From Felis catus (taxonomy: Eukaryota): a stretch of 64,000 bases of DNA. This document shows, in pieces, positions 51,758 to 62,895 of the stretch; positions within the stretch are counted from its first letter, which is position 1, and the number at the start of each line of letters is the position of its first letter. A program made the position numbers and the translations under genes. A model generated the notes under the pieces. That model did not search any database. It had not been told where the DNA came from and worked only from the letters and a program-made list of their open reading frames with translations. The DNA lies in NCBI RefSeq assembly GCF_018350175.1, contig NC_058368.1, positions 233,246,001-233,310,000 on the forward strand, written 5' to 3'.

Positions 51758-51978
51758 GGGGTGCCTGGGTGACTCAGTCAGGTGGGCGTCTGACTCCAGC
51801 TCAGGTCACGATCTCACAATTCATGGGTTCGAGCCCCACGTCGGGTCCTGTGCAGAAAACGTGGAGCCTGGAGCCTGCTCTGGATTCTGTCTCCCTCTTT
51901 CTCTGTCTCCCCCCTCTTTGTGCTCTCTCTCTCAAAAGTAAATAAACATTAAAAAAAATTAAAAAAACAACAAAAAAA
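51758..51978 (+). mobile_element. SINEC
   Basis: Head, body and A-tail; TSD-like CTAGTACCC. Confidence 0.9.
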
Positions 51979-52397
51979 CCCAACCTCTAGTACCCCAAAA
52001 CTAAAGGCTATAAAATTAATCTCTGGGTGTCGACTGACTCCAAGTTAAGGACTTATCTGGGACCCAGGCTCTGGCCTGCACACCTCAACACCAGCCTTCA
52101 GTCCTGGACTCTCTTCCTGTGCCAACTGGCAGGAAAGGCCTTCTTTTCTACGAACAGGACAAGGAAGGAGAAAAGACTGTATTTTACAAAATTCATACTT
52201 TAAATATTTGAGAGAGACATGGAACGCAGGTAATGTTTTCCTGACTTCCCAGGAAAGAGATTCTAAAATTCAAGTATGGCAAAAATTTTCCCTTGAATAA
52301 ACTGCACAGTAATGGACGATGCCAGGGAAGACCACGTTGTTTTTTCAAATCAGGCAAACAGCATTTTAAGAACGCCCACACTGCACACTCCCGGTAC

Positions 52398-52584
52398 CTC
52401 AGGAGCAGGGGCTGGCCCGCCTTCTGCAGGGGACACCTGCGTGTCTGGACGAAGGATGGACGCGACCACCGTGGCCAGCCAGCCTGTGCACACGCCCCTC
52501 CGCAGGACCTCCATCGTGGTGGGAGACAAAAACTCCACGATGTTGAAAACGAAATGAAGCTTCCCCGGGTGAGACAGATTTGAG
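52398..52584 (-). CDS. MTRR: MTRR exon 11 (187 bp)
   Basis: ctgcag acceptor, gtaccg donor; [18 protein letters not shown]...RGVCTGWL...APE. Confidence 0.95.
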
Positions 52585-53108
52585 CTGCAGAGACACACAG
52601 GTTACTTTTGAACTTTGTATCAGGACTGATCATCCAGGCTACACTCAGCCTTTCTTACTGGACACAGGGAGGTTTCTTTCTGGGCTCTAAGCTGCCTTCT
52701 AACTCCTCAGGGAAAAGTGATCTGTTGCTCCTTAAAAGCTCCCCTCCTCCTGCCCCCCATCTTGTGAGATTCCAATTCCCTGTTTGCTTCGAGAGTCCGT
52801 AAGATCTCTGCAACCTTTCGTCTCTTCACTGGCGGCCTCTGCTACCCAGCGAAGGTGGCCTGGCCCAGCACTCCAGGCAGCAGGTGAGGCCCGGGTGACT
52901 GTGGCCTCATGTGGGGGAATGTGGTTGTGCTCCTGCAGGACCAGAGTCCCAAGACGGGTCTCCTTCATTCCCTATCGTGTCCCCGCTATTGTCTTCCAAA
53001 AATGAGGTTAAACTTCCACCAGGTGAATTTGGAACTAGTAAGGATTTAGAAGTCGGAGATTCACAATATTTTGGGAGAGACATGCTATGTGTTAGTAAAT
53101 ATCAGTAC

Positions 53109-53151
53109 CTTGCACACGAATATGGTCTGGGCTGGAGCTTAGGAAGATGCT
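53109..53151 (-). CDS. MTRR: MTRR exon 10 (43 bp)
   Basis: poly-T + ctag acceptor, gtactg donor; HLPKLQPRPYSCA (RxYS FAD-binding motif). Confidence 0.96.
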
Positions 53152-53300
53152 CTAGAAAAAAAAAAATGAAAACAAGCAATGAATTCACTGCTACTGAAAA
53201 AAAAAATTATATGTAAGGGTTTGTCAAAATTCAAGTCTGAGTTTGATGCCTATTTTTTATTTCGAATACCCAAAATAACATGTTTGCATTTAAATCATAA

Positions 53301-53501
53301 CTTTTTTTTATTTTTTATTTTTTTATTTTTCAATATATGAAATTTACTGTCAAATTGGTTTCCATACAACACCCAGTGCTCATCCCAAAAGGTGCCCTCC
53401 TCAATACCCATCACCCACCCTCCCCTCCCTCCCACCCCCCATCAGCCCTCAGTTTGTTCTCAGTTTTTAAGAGTCTCTTATGCTTTGGCTCTCTCCCACT
53501 C
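53301..53501 (-). mobile_element. 5'-truncated young L1_Fc 3' end
   Basis: Poly-T, then CCATACAACACCCAGTGCTCATCCC; TSD TAAATCATA. Confidence 0.92.
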
Positions 53502-53947
53502 TAAATCATATTTTAGAGCATGTGTAAATTCACTATGACTAAGCAAATTATGACTGAATACTTTTTCCAATTCCTCACATTAAAAACCAGACACGTGGCA
53601 TTCCTTTAACTGGAAATCAGTGTGTCTTTCTAAGGCTAGCTTCTTAACCCAAAGGATAATAAAAGCATCCATGAAGGGGCTTCAGAATCAAGAAACTCAT
53701 TAAATTCGCTATGTGTGTGCAGTTTTCTGAGAAGTGTCCAGAGTTTTCATATTTCAAATAAGATCATGACCCCCAAAAGATTAAGGGTGTTAAGGATTAT
53801 GGGAAATACTTAGGCTTGAAATATTTTTCCTTCTTATATTTATATAGTAAGAAGAAAATGGGAATGTAGTGGTAAAACCTTTAAGTTATCCAGAACCCAG
53901 TGGTTTCCAAATACATTGGTGCTCTTTTAAAAGTCGGTCAAAGAGTC

Positions 53948-54176
53948 AGGGGCAGCTGGGTGGCTCAGTCGATTAAGCAACCAACTCTTGATTTGGGCTC
54001 AGGTCATGGCTCATGGTTTGTGAGTCTGAGGCCCGAGCTGGGCCCTGCACTGGCAGCACAGAGCCTGCTTGGGATTCTCTCTCTCTCCCTCTCTCTGTCA
54101 TTCTTTCTCTCCCCCACACCCACACAACCCCTTCCCTACTCTCCCTTTCTCTCAAAGTAAATAAACTTAAAAAAAA
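53948..54176 (+). mobile_element. SINEC
   Basis: Head, body and A-tail. Confidence 0.9.
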
Positions 54177-54194
54177 GTCAAAGATTCACTACTT

Positions 54195-54317
54195 GAGGGT
54201 GGGAGGGAGGGGAGGGTGGGTGATGGGTATTGAGGAGGGCACCTTTTGGGATGAGCACTGGGTGTTGTATGGAAACCAATTTGACAATAAATTTCATAAA
54301 AAAAAAAAAAAAAAAAG
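54195..54317 (+). mobile_element. 5'-truncated young L1_Fc 3' end
   Basis: GGGATGAGCACTGGGTGTTGTATGGAAACC, AATAAA, poly(A); TSD AAAGATTCACTACTTGA. Confidence 0.93.
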
Positions 54318-54518
54318 ATTCACTACTTGAATACCTAACTGTCCACTAACAAACTCTGAAACTTTTTGTGTTCAACGTTATACGTTTAGGAGTTCTCCAG
54401 TAAAAACTGGGAAAGACCTGTTCTAAAATTTAACAAATAACAGAATAAGGCTTAAAAAGGGCTCAACATAATATAAGCTTTAGATACATTCAATTTCTTT
54501 AAAGAAGCTGGAAAATAA

Positions 54519-54976
54519 TTTTTTAATGTTTATTCATTTTTAAGAGAGAGAGAGACAGAGCCTGAACGGGGGAGGGGCAGAAAGAGAGGGAGACACAGAA
54601 TCCGAAGCAGGCTCCAGGCTCTGAGCTGTTAGCACAGAGCCCGATGCAGGGCTCGAACTCAACAACTGTGAGATCATGACCCGAGCCGAAGTCGGACACT
54701 CAACCGACTGAGCCACCCAGGCGCCCCAATAATCTAATTTTGTTTTTATTTTTATTTTTTTATTTTTTTTTTCAATGTTTATTTATTTTTGGGACAGAGA
54801 GAGACAGAGCATGAACGGGGGAGGGGCAGAGAGAGAGGGAGACACAGAATCGGAAACAGGCTCCAGGCTCTGAGCCATCAGCCCAGAGCCCGACGCGGGG
54901 CTCGAACTCACGGACCGCGAGATCGTGACCTGGCTGAAGTCGGACGCTTAACCGACTGCGCCACCCAGGCGCCCCC
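54519..54976 (-). mobile_element. Two SINECs (54519-54727; young SINEC_Fc 54743-54976)
   Basis: TSD AATAATCTAATTTT around the second copy. Confidence 0.93.
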
Positions 54977-55297
54977 CCAATAATCTAATTTTTTAAGCCT
55001 CAATGCCTTTACTCATTTTTTACATAACTGTGTAATAAATGCTATACAAAATTAAAAGACAGCAAATCGGTGAAAAGAACAGAAACCTATTCTCATATGC
55101 TGGGGAGCTTTACAAGAGTTCTTACAGTTTGTCTACACATGTTCTGGTTATTCTCCCAACCCCCGTTCTCCCTCCAAAGACTCCACTGGGAAGGGGAGGA
55201 GCGTCCCTTTGAATACGGGGAAGTGGGAGGAGCTGCCTCCCTCAGAAACTTCACCGTTTTGAGGACAAGGAAAAGAAGTACTAAGAAAAAGGGAAAA

Positions 55298-55416
55298 AGG
55301 CGCCCGGGGGGGCTCAGTCAGTTGAATGTCCCACTCTTGATTTCCGTTCAGGTCATGATCTCACGTAAAACTGCGCCCCACATCGGGCTCCATGCTGGGT
55401 GTGGAGTCTGTTTGGG

Positions 55417-55462
<46 letters not shown>

Positions 55463-55584
55463 CCTCCCTCCCTCCCTCCCTCCCTCCCTCCCTCTCTCTC
55501 TATCTCTGCCCTTGCCCTGCTCGCCACTCATGCACATGTATTCTCTCTCCCTCAAAACCCTCAAAATAAATAAACTTAAAAAAA
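55298..55584 (+). mobile_element. SINEC with expanded (CT)n/(CCCT)n
   Basis: Head, body and A-tail. Confidence 0.88.
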
Positions 55585-56449
55585 GAAGAAGGGAAATAAA
55601 GCAGGATCTGACTTAAAGAGGAGCACACAGCTAATTCTGCGGGACAACGGGGCACCTTGTGGCCTAACAGTGAGAAGCAGGATATACGTTTTCCTGGAAC
55701 CAAAGATAATGCAATTCTGAAGTTTTACTAGTTATCACCAGAGGAAAACAGCTAGGAGAGGACAAAACTACAAGCACAGGAAAGGACTACGCGTCTAAGA
55801 CTCCTGCACGCTTCTCCGTCACCATCCCTGCTAAACGTCTGTGGTCCCCACGGAGGCTGCAGAAAGTCCCTCCCTGACACACAGTTCCTCAGGGAGGTCT
55901 TCCCTCTTCTGTTGGAACAAACACCCCAAGAGACAGTGTGGATGAAAATCAAGGTAATCCTACATTTGGACATTTTGTGGCTAGTTCACCCAAGCCTCAA
56001 GCCCGGAGGCTCCCTGCACGAGGCGGCACGTGCCGGTACGACACGGGGGGCCCCTGCCGCCCTGGGAGCACCCTGAACTGGACGTGCCCAGCGGCGACAC
56101 CTCTGTGTTCTGCACAGAGAGCACCCACCTCCTTAACCTCTGTCACGTACACCTGATGCCTATCAGCTTTGAAAAACCTGGTTTCCTTCGGGAAACTCCT
56201 TTTTCGGTAAAATCTGACCAAAAAACCTTTCCAAACCATAGCTGAATGAATAGAAAAGACGCTGAAGGCCAATCCAAAGAAGGAGAATGACCACTGGCTG
56301 CAAGGAAGCTCAGATGATTGTGATGATGGCAGAAGGACGAAGTAAGGAAATAAACACTGTGGCAGCGGGGTTCTTCCCACTTCCAGGAAGACCCCGACAC
56401 AGAGGCTCCCTCCCAGAGACGTGCTCCCACCTGCCACCTGCCAGACAGA

Positions 56450-57710
56450 CGGGAGGGCCCCTGGGGCACAGGGCCAGGAGCACTCACGGGAGGGCCCCTG
56501 GGGCACAGGGCAGGGAAGCACTCACAGCAGCGCCCCTGGGGTACAGGGCCAGGAGCACTCACAGGAGGGCCCTTGGCGCAGGGGTGGGGAGCACTCACGG
56601 GAGGGCCCTTGGGGCGCAGGGCAGGGGAGCACTCATGGGAGGGCCCCTAGGGCACAGGGCCGGGAGCACTCACAGGAGGGCCCCTAGGGCACAGGGCAGG
56701 GAAGCACTCACAGGAGGGCCCCTAGGGCACAGGGCCGGGAGCACTCACGGGAGGGCCCCTGGGGCACAGGGCAGGGGAGCACTCATGGGATCGCCCCTGG
56801 GGTACAGGGCCAGGAGCACTCACGGGAGGGCCCTTGGTGCAGGGGTGGGGAGCACTGATGGGAGGGCCCCTGGGGCACAGGGCCGGGGAGCACTCACGGG
56901 AGGGACCCTGGGGTACAGGGCCAGGAGCACTCACGGGAGGGCCCCTGGGGCGCAGGGCTGGGAGCACTCACAGGAGGGCCCCTGGGGCGCAGGGCCGGGA
57001 GCACTCATGGGAGGGCCCTTGGCGCAGGGGTGGGGAGCACCCATGGGAGGGCCCCTGGGGTACAGGGCCGGGGAGCACTCACGGGAGGGCCCCTGGGGCG
57101 CAGGGCTGGGAGCACTCATGGGAGCGCCCCTGGGGTACAGGGCCAGGAGCACTCACAGGAGGGCCCTTGGCGCAGGGGTAGGGAGCACTCACGGGAGGGC
57201 CCCTGGGGCGCAGGGCCAGGAGCACTCATGGGAGGGACCTTGGGGCGCAGGGCCAGGAACACTCACAGGAGGGCCCTTGGCGCAGGGGTGGGGAGCACTC
57301 ACGGGAGGGCCCCTGGGGCACAGGGCAGGGAGCACTCACGGGAGGGCCCCTGGGGCACAGGGCCGGGAGCACTCATGGGAGGGCCCTTGGCACAGGGGTG
57401 GGGAGCACTCACGGGAGGGCCCCTGGGGTGCAGGGCCGGGAGCACTCACGGGAGGGCCCCTGGGGCACAGGGCCGGGAAGCACTCACGGGAGGGCCCTTG
57501 GCTCAGGGGCGGGGAGCACTCACGGGAGGGCCCCTGGGGCACAGGGCCGGGGAGCACTCACGGGAGGGCCCCTGGGGCACAGGGCCGGGAGCACTCATGG
57601 GAGGGCCCCTGGGGCACAGGGCAGGGAGCACGGATGGGAGGGCCCCTGGGGCACAGGGCCGGGGAGCACTCACGGGAGGGCCCCTGGGGTGCAGGGCCAG
57701 GAGCACTCAC
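56450..57710. repeat. Minisatellite, 36-38-bp unit, ~34 copies, at the start of MTRR intron 9
   Basis: Unit GAGCACTCACGGGAGGGCCCCTGGGGCACAGGGCCGG with variants. Confidence 0.97.
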
Positions 57711-57888
57711 CGAGCAGGAGCGCCAGCGGAGGCTGGCAGGATGGGAAAGCCAGCAGGAGGTCCAGCAGCCCAGTGTGGGCGTCCCGCACGAAGCGGCCGT
57801 AGTCGGCGGCGCCCTGCCTGCTGCACAGCTCGTGCAGCCTGCGCCTGTCTGGGCCGGCCGCGTGTTCCGCCAGGGCTCTCAGCATCGC
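57711..57888 (-). CDS. MTRR: MTRR exon 9 (178 bp)
   Basis: ccgcag acceptor, gtgagt donor; AMLRAL...[17 protein letters not shown]...[15 protein letters not shown]. Confidence 0.95.
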
Positions 57889-60060
57889 CTGCGGCCAGAA
57901 GAGGAAGCAGGCTGAAAGTACCACGTGGGGCCAGGCTGCGCGAATCTTCGGTCAGTACGTACCCGGGGACGCGCCCGGTCACGCATCTAGGTGTGCGATC
58001 AGGAGAGAGAACTTGGCTGGCACCTATGTGCTTTCATTCAGCCTGCTCAAGAAAGTGCCCTCCCACGTTCTACTTTCGGTCACCTTTCCTGTTTCCCAAA
58101 CCAATGTGATTCAGTCCCAAGTACGACCTCAGATGTCACGTCTGGTGTACTCGAGTAACAGTGATCAGGAGTCTCGTTAACTCCTCATTTTAACTCGAGA
58201 CAAGATACCTGTTCTTGTCTTAGCCAATGACCACAAGCTAGACTTCTCTCATCTGCTAACCGGTAAGTCCTTTATACAAGAGGCACTGGGCACGACCCCT
58301 GCTCCCAGCTCCCAGCTCGTGAGAGTGCTCAGGAGGCCAACTACCCCGATAGGGGCTTCGGCAGCCAGGGTGTCCCGGAACGTAAGCCTGGGCCGACAGC
58401 TGGCCCCGTGGAAGAGACGGTCAGGAGGGCGAAGCGGCCAGCGGTTCCACAAAGGCACAGGCGGCCGGCAAAAGCACGCTCCCCGGGGCCATGGCGTGTT
58501 CGCTAGCACGCAGGGAAATGGGGCGCAGGACAAAGGCTGCAAAGACAGACAGGGCCAGAGCATCGAGAAGCCTCCTGCACACGGACTCTCTGAGTCACCT
58601 CAGACTCACTGCAGAAAGAGGAGGAGAACAGAAACGAAGAAAGCCAAGCAATGACATCCTGAATCCCAAGCCTCAAAGAGCCAAGTCCAAACTCTCGGAC
58701 AAAAGACCAAACTTGCTAGTGATGACTTCCGGTTTCCACGTATTCGGACCATGACATACATATAGATGGTTCTTAAGGACATACACCCGTTAAATGGCAC
58801 ATACAGCTGTCACCACTCCAGGGTTCTTTAGGGACAAAGCAAGTAAGCGAGTCCTCTGTTTCCAGTGCTAAATGAGATGCTAACAGACACTCCTACTTGT
58901 CACCCCATGGCTCAAGCACCTCGTGCCCTAGACCCCCCAACAGGAAGGACGAGGTCCCTCCTCTCGTGAGGGGTCACGGGTTTCCAGTGGCTCAGCTCAG
59001 GAGCTCTGCCTGAACTATCCTGGGACTAACACACTGCAAGCCTTCTTCACGATGCCAGGCACAGGGCCAAACACACACCGAGCACTCGGAAACCATGTGA
59101 GGTAAACGAGCACCCCACTTCTCTGCACGGGTCGCAGGCAGGATACCTTCCCACGCTGGGGTACACGAGCTCCTGAGTTCCTGAGTTCCTCGTTTTTGTG
59201 TCCAGATTTTTACAGTGAGAATGTTACTTTTATAGTAAGGAAAAATATGTTTATGTATATTCGCTGTATGGAAAGGTAGAGCTGAACTAAATTGTGAAAC
59301 GTACTGTGTTTAATCAAGAAGTTCTCATCACAGTGAATTCTAAATTTACTCAAATTACATCCAGGGCTGAGCCTCTCTCTAAAGGAGTTTGCTTCCCAAA
59401 GGCTGCATGCAACAAACGACGAATACGACAGAGAGCAGAAATGGCATTGTGGAGGGCACCCTGATGGAGGCACCACCCATGCTCACTGGCGAAGTGCGGC
59501 CGGCAAAGTGTCCCCATTTGGATCTGTGTAGGGACGCGGTTGGAAGAAATCAGGTACGAGCATCTTCGAAACGCAGCTCCCAGCATCCTACTGACACCTA
59601 GTGGATCATTCTGTCTGCACATTCATCTAGACATCCGTAACCTCCCCGAATCCTTTAATTCTGATTTAACAGTAGGTGACTGTGTGCTTTCACCCAGAAG
59701 AGATCCCAACATTAAACAGGCCTGCACCCTCATAAGCTTCCTGTCATCAATTAGAAAAGGTGTCCCTGTGCAGTAGAACACAAGGTCATCTGGGGTCACC
59801 TTAATCGCTGATTAACGTGTCACATCAAGTTAACGGCTGGTAAGAATAAGAAAAATGTCATTTCAACAGAAAACACAAAATTTCAATATAAGCACAACCC
59901 CAAAAATATTCGTCCATGACAAATACCATACACGCTTGGAAACTCTGGAAAAGATGCCCTGAACGCCGTATCTTCTAAGCCTTCAAAGGGCAGGTAGCAG
60001 ATTTAATGAATCTTACACAGAGCTAAGTATACTTGCAAACAGTCACCCAAAGAGAAGTAC

Positions 60061-60149
60061 CTTCTTAGGAACTGCTCTTATTTCGAGGCACCAGGTGAGA
60101 ATGAACTGGAGAGAGCGTCCCTCGGGGATGTGCTGGGGTAAGGCTGCTC
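60061..60149 (-). CDS. MTRR: MTRR exon 8 (89 bp)
   Basis: aaaag acceptor, gtactt donor; [29 protein letters not shown]. Confidence 0.95.
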
Positions 60150-61025
60150 CTTTTCAGGCACACAGGAAAGAGTTCATGACACAAAAAATAAAGAATAGAA
60201 TGTTTCTGCATCCTTAAAAACACAATTACCTGTATTCTTTACGTTACCGTGCTAGCAAGGTACAATAGGATTTGTGGCAATGTTTATCCAGTCAAAAAAT
60301 TTTCCCAAAATGTTTACAGGGAAAAAAAATCCACTTTGCAAGAATAAATAAACAAAAGAATTATAAATTCAATAGTATTATTAGCCACACCTACCAAATC
60401 TAGGTATACCAAACAAGAGGGAAATTATCCAAAGCCAAGGACCAAAACAAACAAACAAAAAAACAAAACCAAAACCAAAAACCAAAATATGGCTCTTGTC
60501 CATTAACAATGCATATTATTCTCAAAAAGAATTTTAGAATTGATGAAAATCCAGTTCAAGATTCTAGGCAAATAACTGAAAAAACAAATAATGCCCCTTA
60601 ATTATGGAAAACTATTTTTATATACTAAATAAGCAATAAATATGCTATGAGAAATACATATTATAAGCAAACCTTAAAAAGGTCCATATAATAAAAGTTT
60701 ACTGTAGGACAACTCTCGTAGAACTCCACAACAAAATAATGCTAAGTGCAGAAAGCCAACGAACAGACTCGGTTACACTCACGTGTCCTGTCCAGCAGTG
60801 TCCCAGTAAGCAGAAAATGCATGATCATCCCACCCCGTGTGATGAGTGTAAAAGTTAAGAAACCGGCAGGCCAGCATGTGCCTGTGTCCCACCCACTGAC
60901 GGGGTGCCAGGCCTCAGGCCACCTGTGCAGCCATCACACAGGGTTGGGGAAGGAGGGCCTTGCACTGGTCACCTCCCATGCGTTGGTCCAATGACACCTT
61001 AAGAAATAACAGATCGGGGCTGTAC

Positions 61026-61179
61026 CTTTCTTCTTGGTGTCACCCTTAATTTTCAAGACGACACAGTGCTCTCTTCTGTCTGTGAGCTGCAGTCTTTGGA
61101 GTAGGTGTTGAACCTCAGAATCACTGTTGGGACAGATCACGTTGAAGGCGTCTCCAGGCTGATAGGAAAAATCTGTTTT
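61026..61179 (-). CDS. MTRR: MTRR exon 7 (154 bp)
   Basis: ctctag acceptor, gtacag donor; [18 protein letters not shown]...DTKKK. Confidence 0.96.
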
Positions 61180-61354
61180 CTAGAGAAGAACCAACATGGA
61201 AGAAAAAAAAAGCACATATGAGTCAAGTGTTTGAGCTGTGGGGTAACAAAAATATGTTTTTATTATATTCTCATTTCAAAATAGGAACTAGAAACAAAAT
61301 GATTCTAACTTCAAAAAGTAAGCCCAACTGAACAAACCTTTTATTAGGAGTTAC

Positions 61355-61463
61355 TTTTTTTTTTTTTTTTAATTTTAAAGTAACCTATACACCCCGTGCA
61401 GGGCTCCAACTCACAACTCCGAGATCAAGAGTCACATGAGTGACTGAGCCAGCCAGGGGCCTC
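61355..61463 (-). mobile_element. Short older SINEC
   Basis: GAGATCAAGAGTC...ACTGAGCCAGCCAGG; TSD GGAGTTACTTT. Confidence 0.85.
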
Positions 61464-62772
61464 GGGAGTTACTTTAAAGAAAAAAACTTCCATAGTTACC
61501 CAGTGTTTTGTTTCGACCATTTGAGTATTTTCTACAATGTTAAAACCTTTCTCATTTAAGGTGACTCAATAAACGTTTTAATCATCAACGTAAAATTCCC
61601 TCTCAGGCAAACACGCATATAACGAGCGAGAGAAACTTCTTGAGGCTGTCTGCATTGGTCCTGGATTTCCTTTAGTATTTTCTTTTGGGGAAGAACAAGG
61701 GCAGGAGAGACATTGTATTTCTTCCTTACTCAGCAGAAAACGTTACAGCACTTGGCTTTGCTGCTGCGAATGAACGCAGACTGGAAGATCCACGTGCCCC
61801 CCACAGCGATTCACAGAGTGACACAGAACGAGTGCAGGATCCGGAGACCCTCTGACCACACGTGCTCACATCCCCGGCCAGTGAGGGACACAGCCTGAAA
61901 CCCACCTACCGGCCAGCCCTCACCATTTTATGACAAGAGTGTAACACAGAATGAAAAAGAAAACGTTTTGGTATACACAGAATATTTAACAACACTTCCA
62001 AAGGAACGGGAAACTACTCAATCGTATGCCAGCAAAACCACTTAGTTTTGATGCCTGTCATTTCTCTCTTCCTATCAGAAGTTCGGCGAAATCTACAGAC
62101 GGCCCTGACTCCCTTTTCTGAAAGCACAACCCCCTTCCCGGAACCCCCACCGAAATACACAGCTGAGGGACTCTGGAGCCTCCGGCCCTGAGGTCACAGG
62201 AGGCCAGTGATTTGGGGCAGGGGCCGGGCAGTGGCTCGTGGATGGAGCTGAGACACAGCACGTGCCCCTAAAACTACATGAGAACGCATATCACCATCTT
62301 TCTGGAGGGATCCATGACTTCTCCCGGATTCTCAAGGCACAAGAGCCACCACGACGACGAGGAATGAAGCAGTCAGTGCCCGGCCGGGTCTGAGCTCTGC
62401 TCCCGACCACCCTCCGACGACCGGCTGACTGTCTCAGGGCTCTTCTCGAACGGAAATGCCGCTTTGATGCTGCTATTTTTTCATGGCTTACTGAGTGAGG
62501 GGACGCTGTTCTCTCCTAGGCGACAGACACTCTATAGGTGGCGCCACTGTTCTCTCCAATCAACTCACCTCCCAGATCCCTCCTCATTGTAGCCCCACCC
62601 CCACACACCCCCAAAGTGAAAAGAAAACATGGGGGGATGTGGGGAGAAAACATGGGGGGGTCGAGAATGAGCGGGCCTGGTGTCGGTCAGAGACCGTCCT
62701 CCTTCCCGAGCGTGGGGACCCCAGCAGCCCCTCGACAGCACACGGGGCTCAGAGACAGCTTCTGGAACTTAC

Positions 62773-62895
62773 TGAAATGTCCAATTCCACCAGGAGAGTG
62801 GTTTTGATGGCATCGTTCGTAGTCAGCTGAACTGCCTTTGAAATTGGAACTTGAAAAACTGGATCCACGGGAGTCACAGATGCTCGGCTTTCCTC
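62773..62895 (-). CDS. MTRR: MTRR exon 6 (123 bp; 120 bp if the second AG is used)
   Basis: ctcgag acceptor, gtaagt donor; [41 protein letters not shown]. Confidence 0.93.

Noticed and set aside
56450..57710. CRISPR-like periodicity of ~37 bp
   Set aside because: Head-to-tail units with no unique spacers, no cas genes, and located in a mammalian intron.
56287..58109. 542-aa and 359-aa plus-strand ORFs
   Set aside because: Translations of the stop-poor 37-bp minisatellite, antisense to MTRR.
61180..62772. Orthologue of the human MTRR intron 6 disease pseudoexon (cblE)
   Set aside because: I could not identify a matching pseudoexon by eye; an alignment to human intron 6 is needed.
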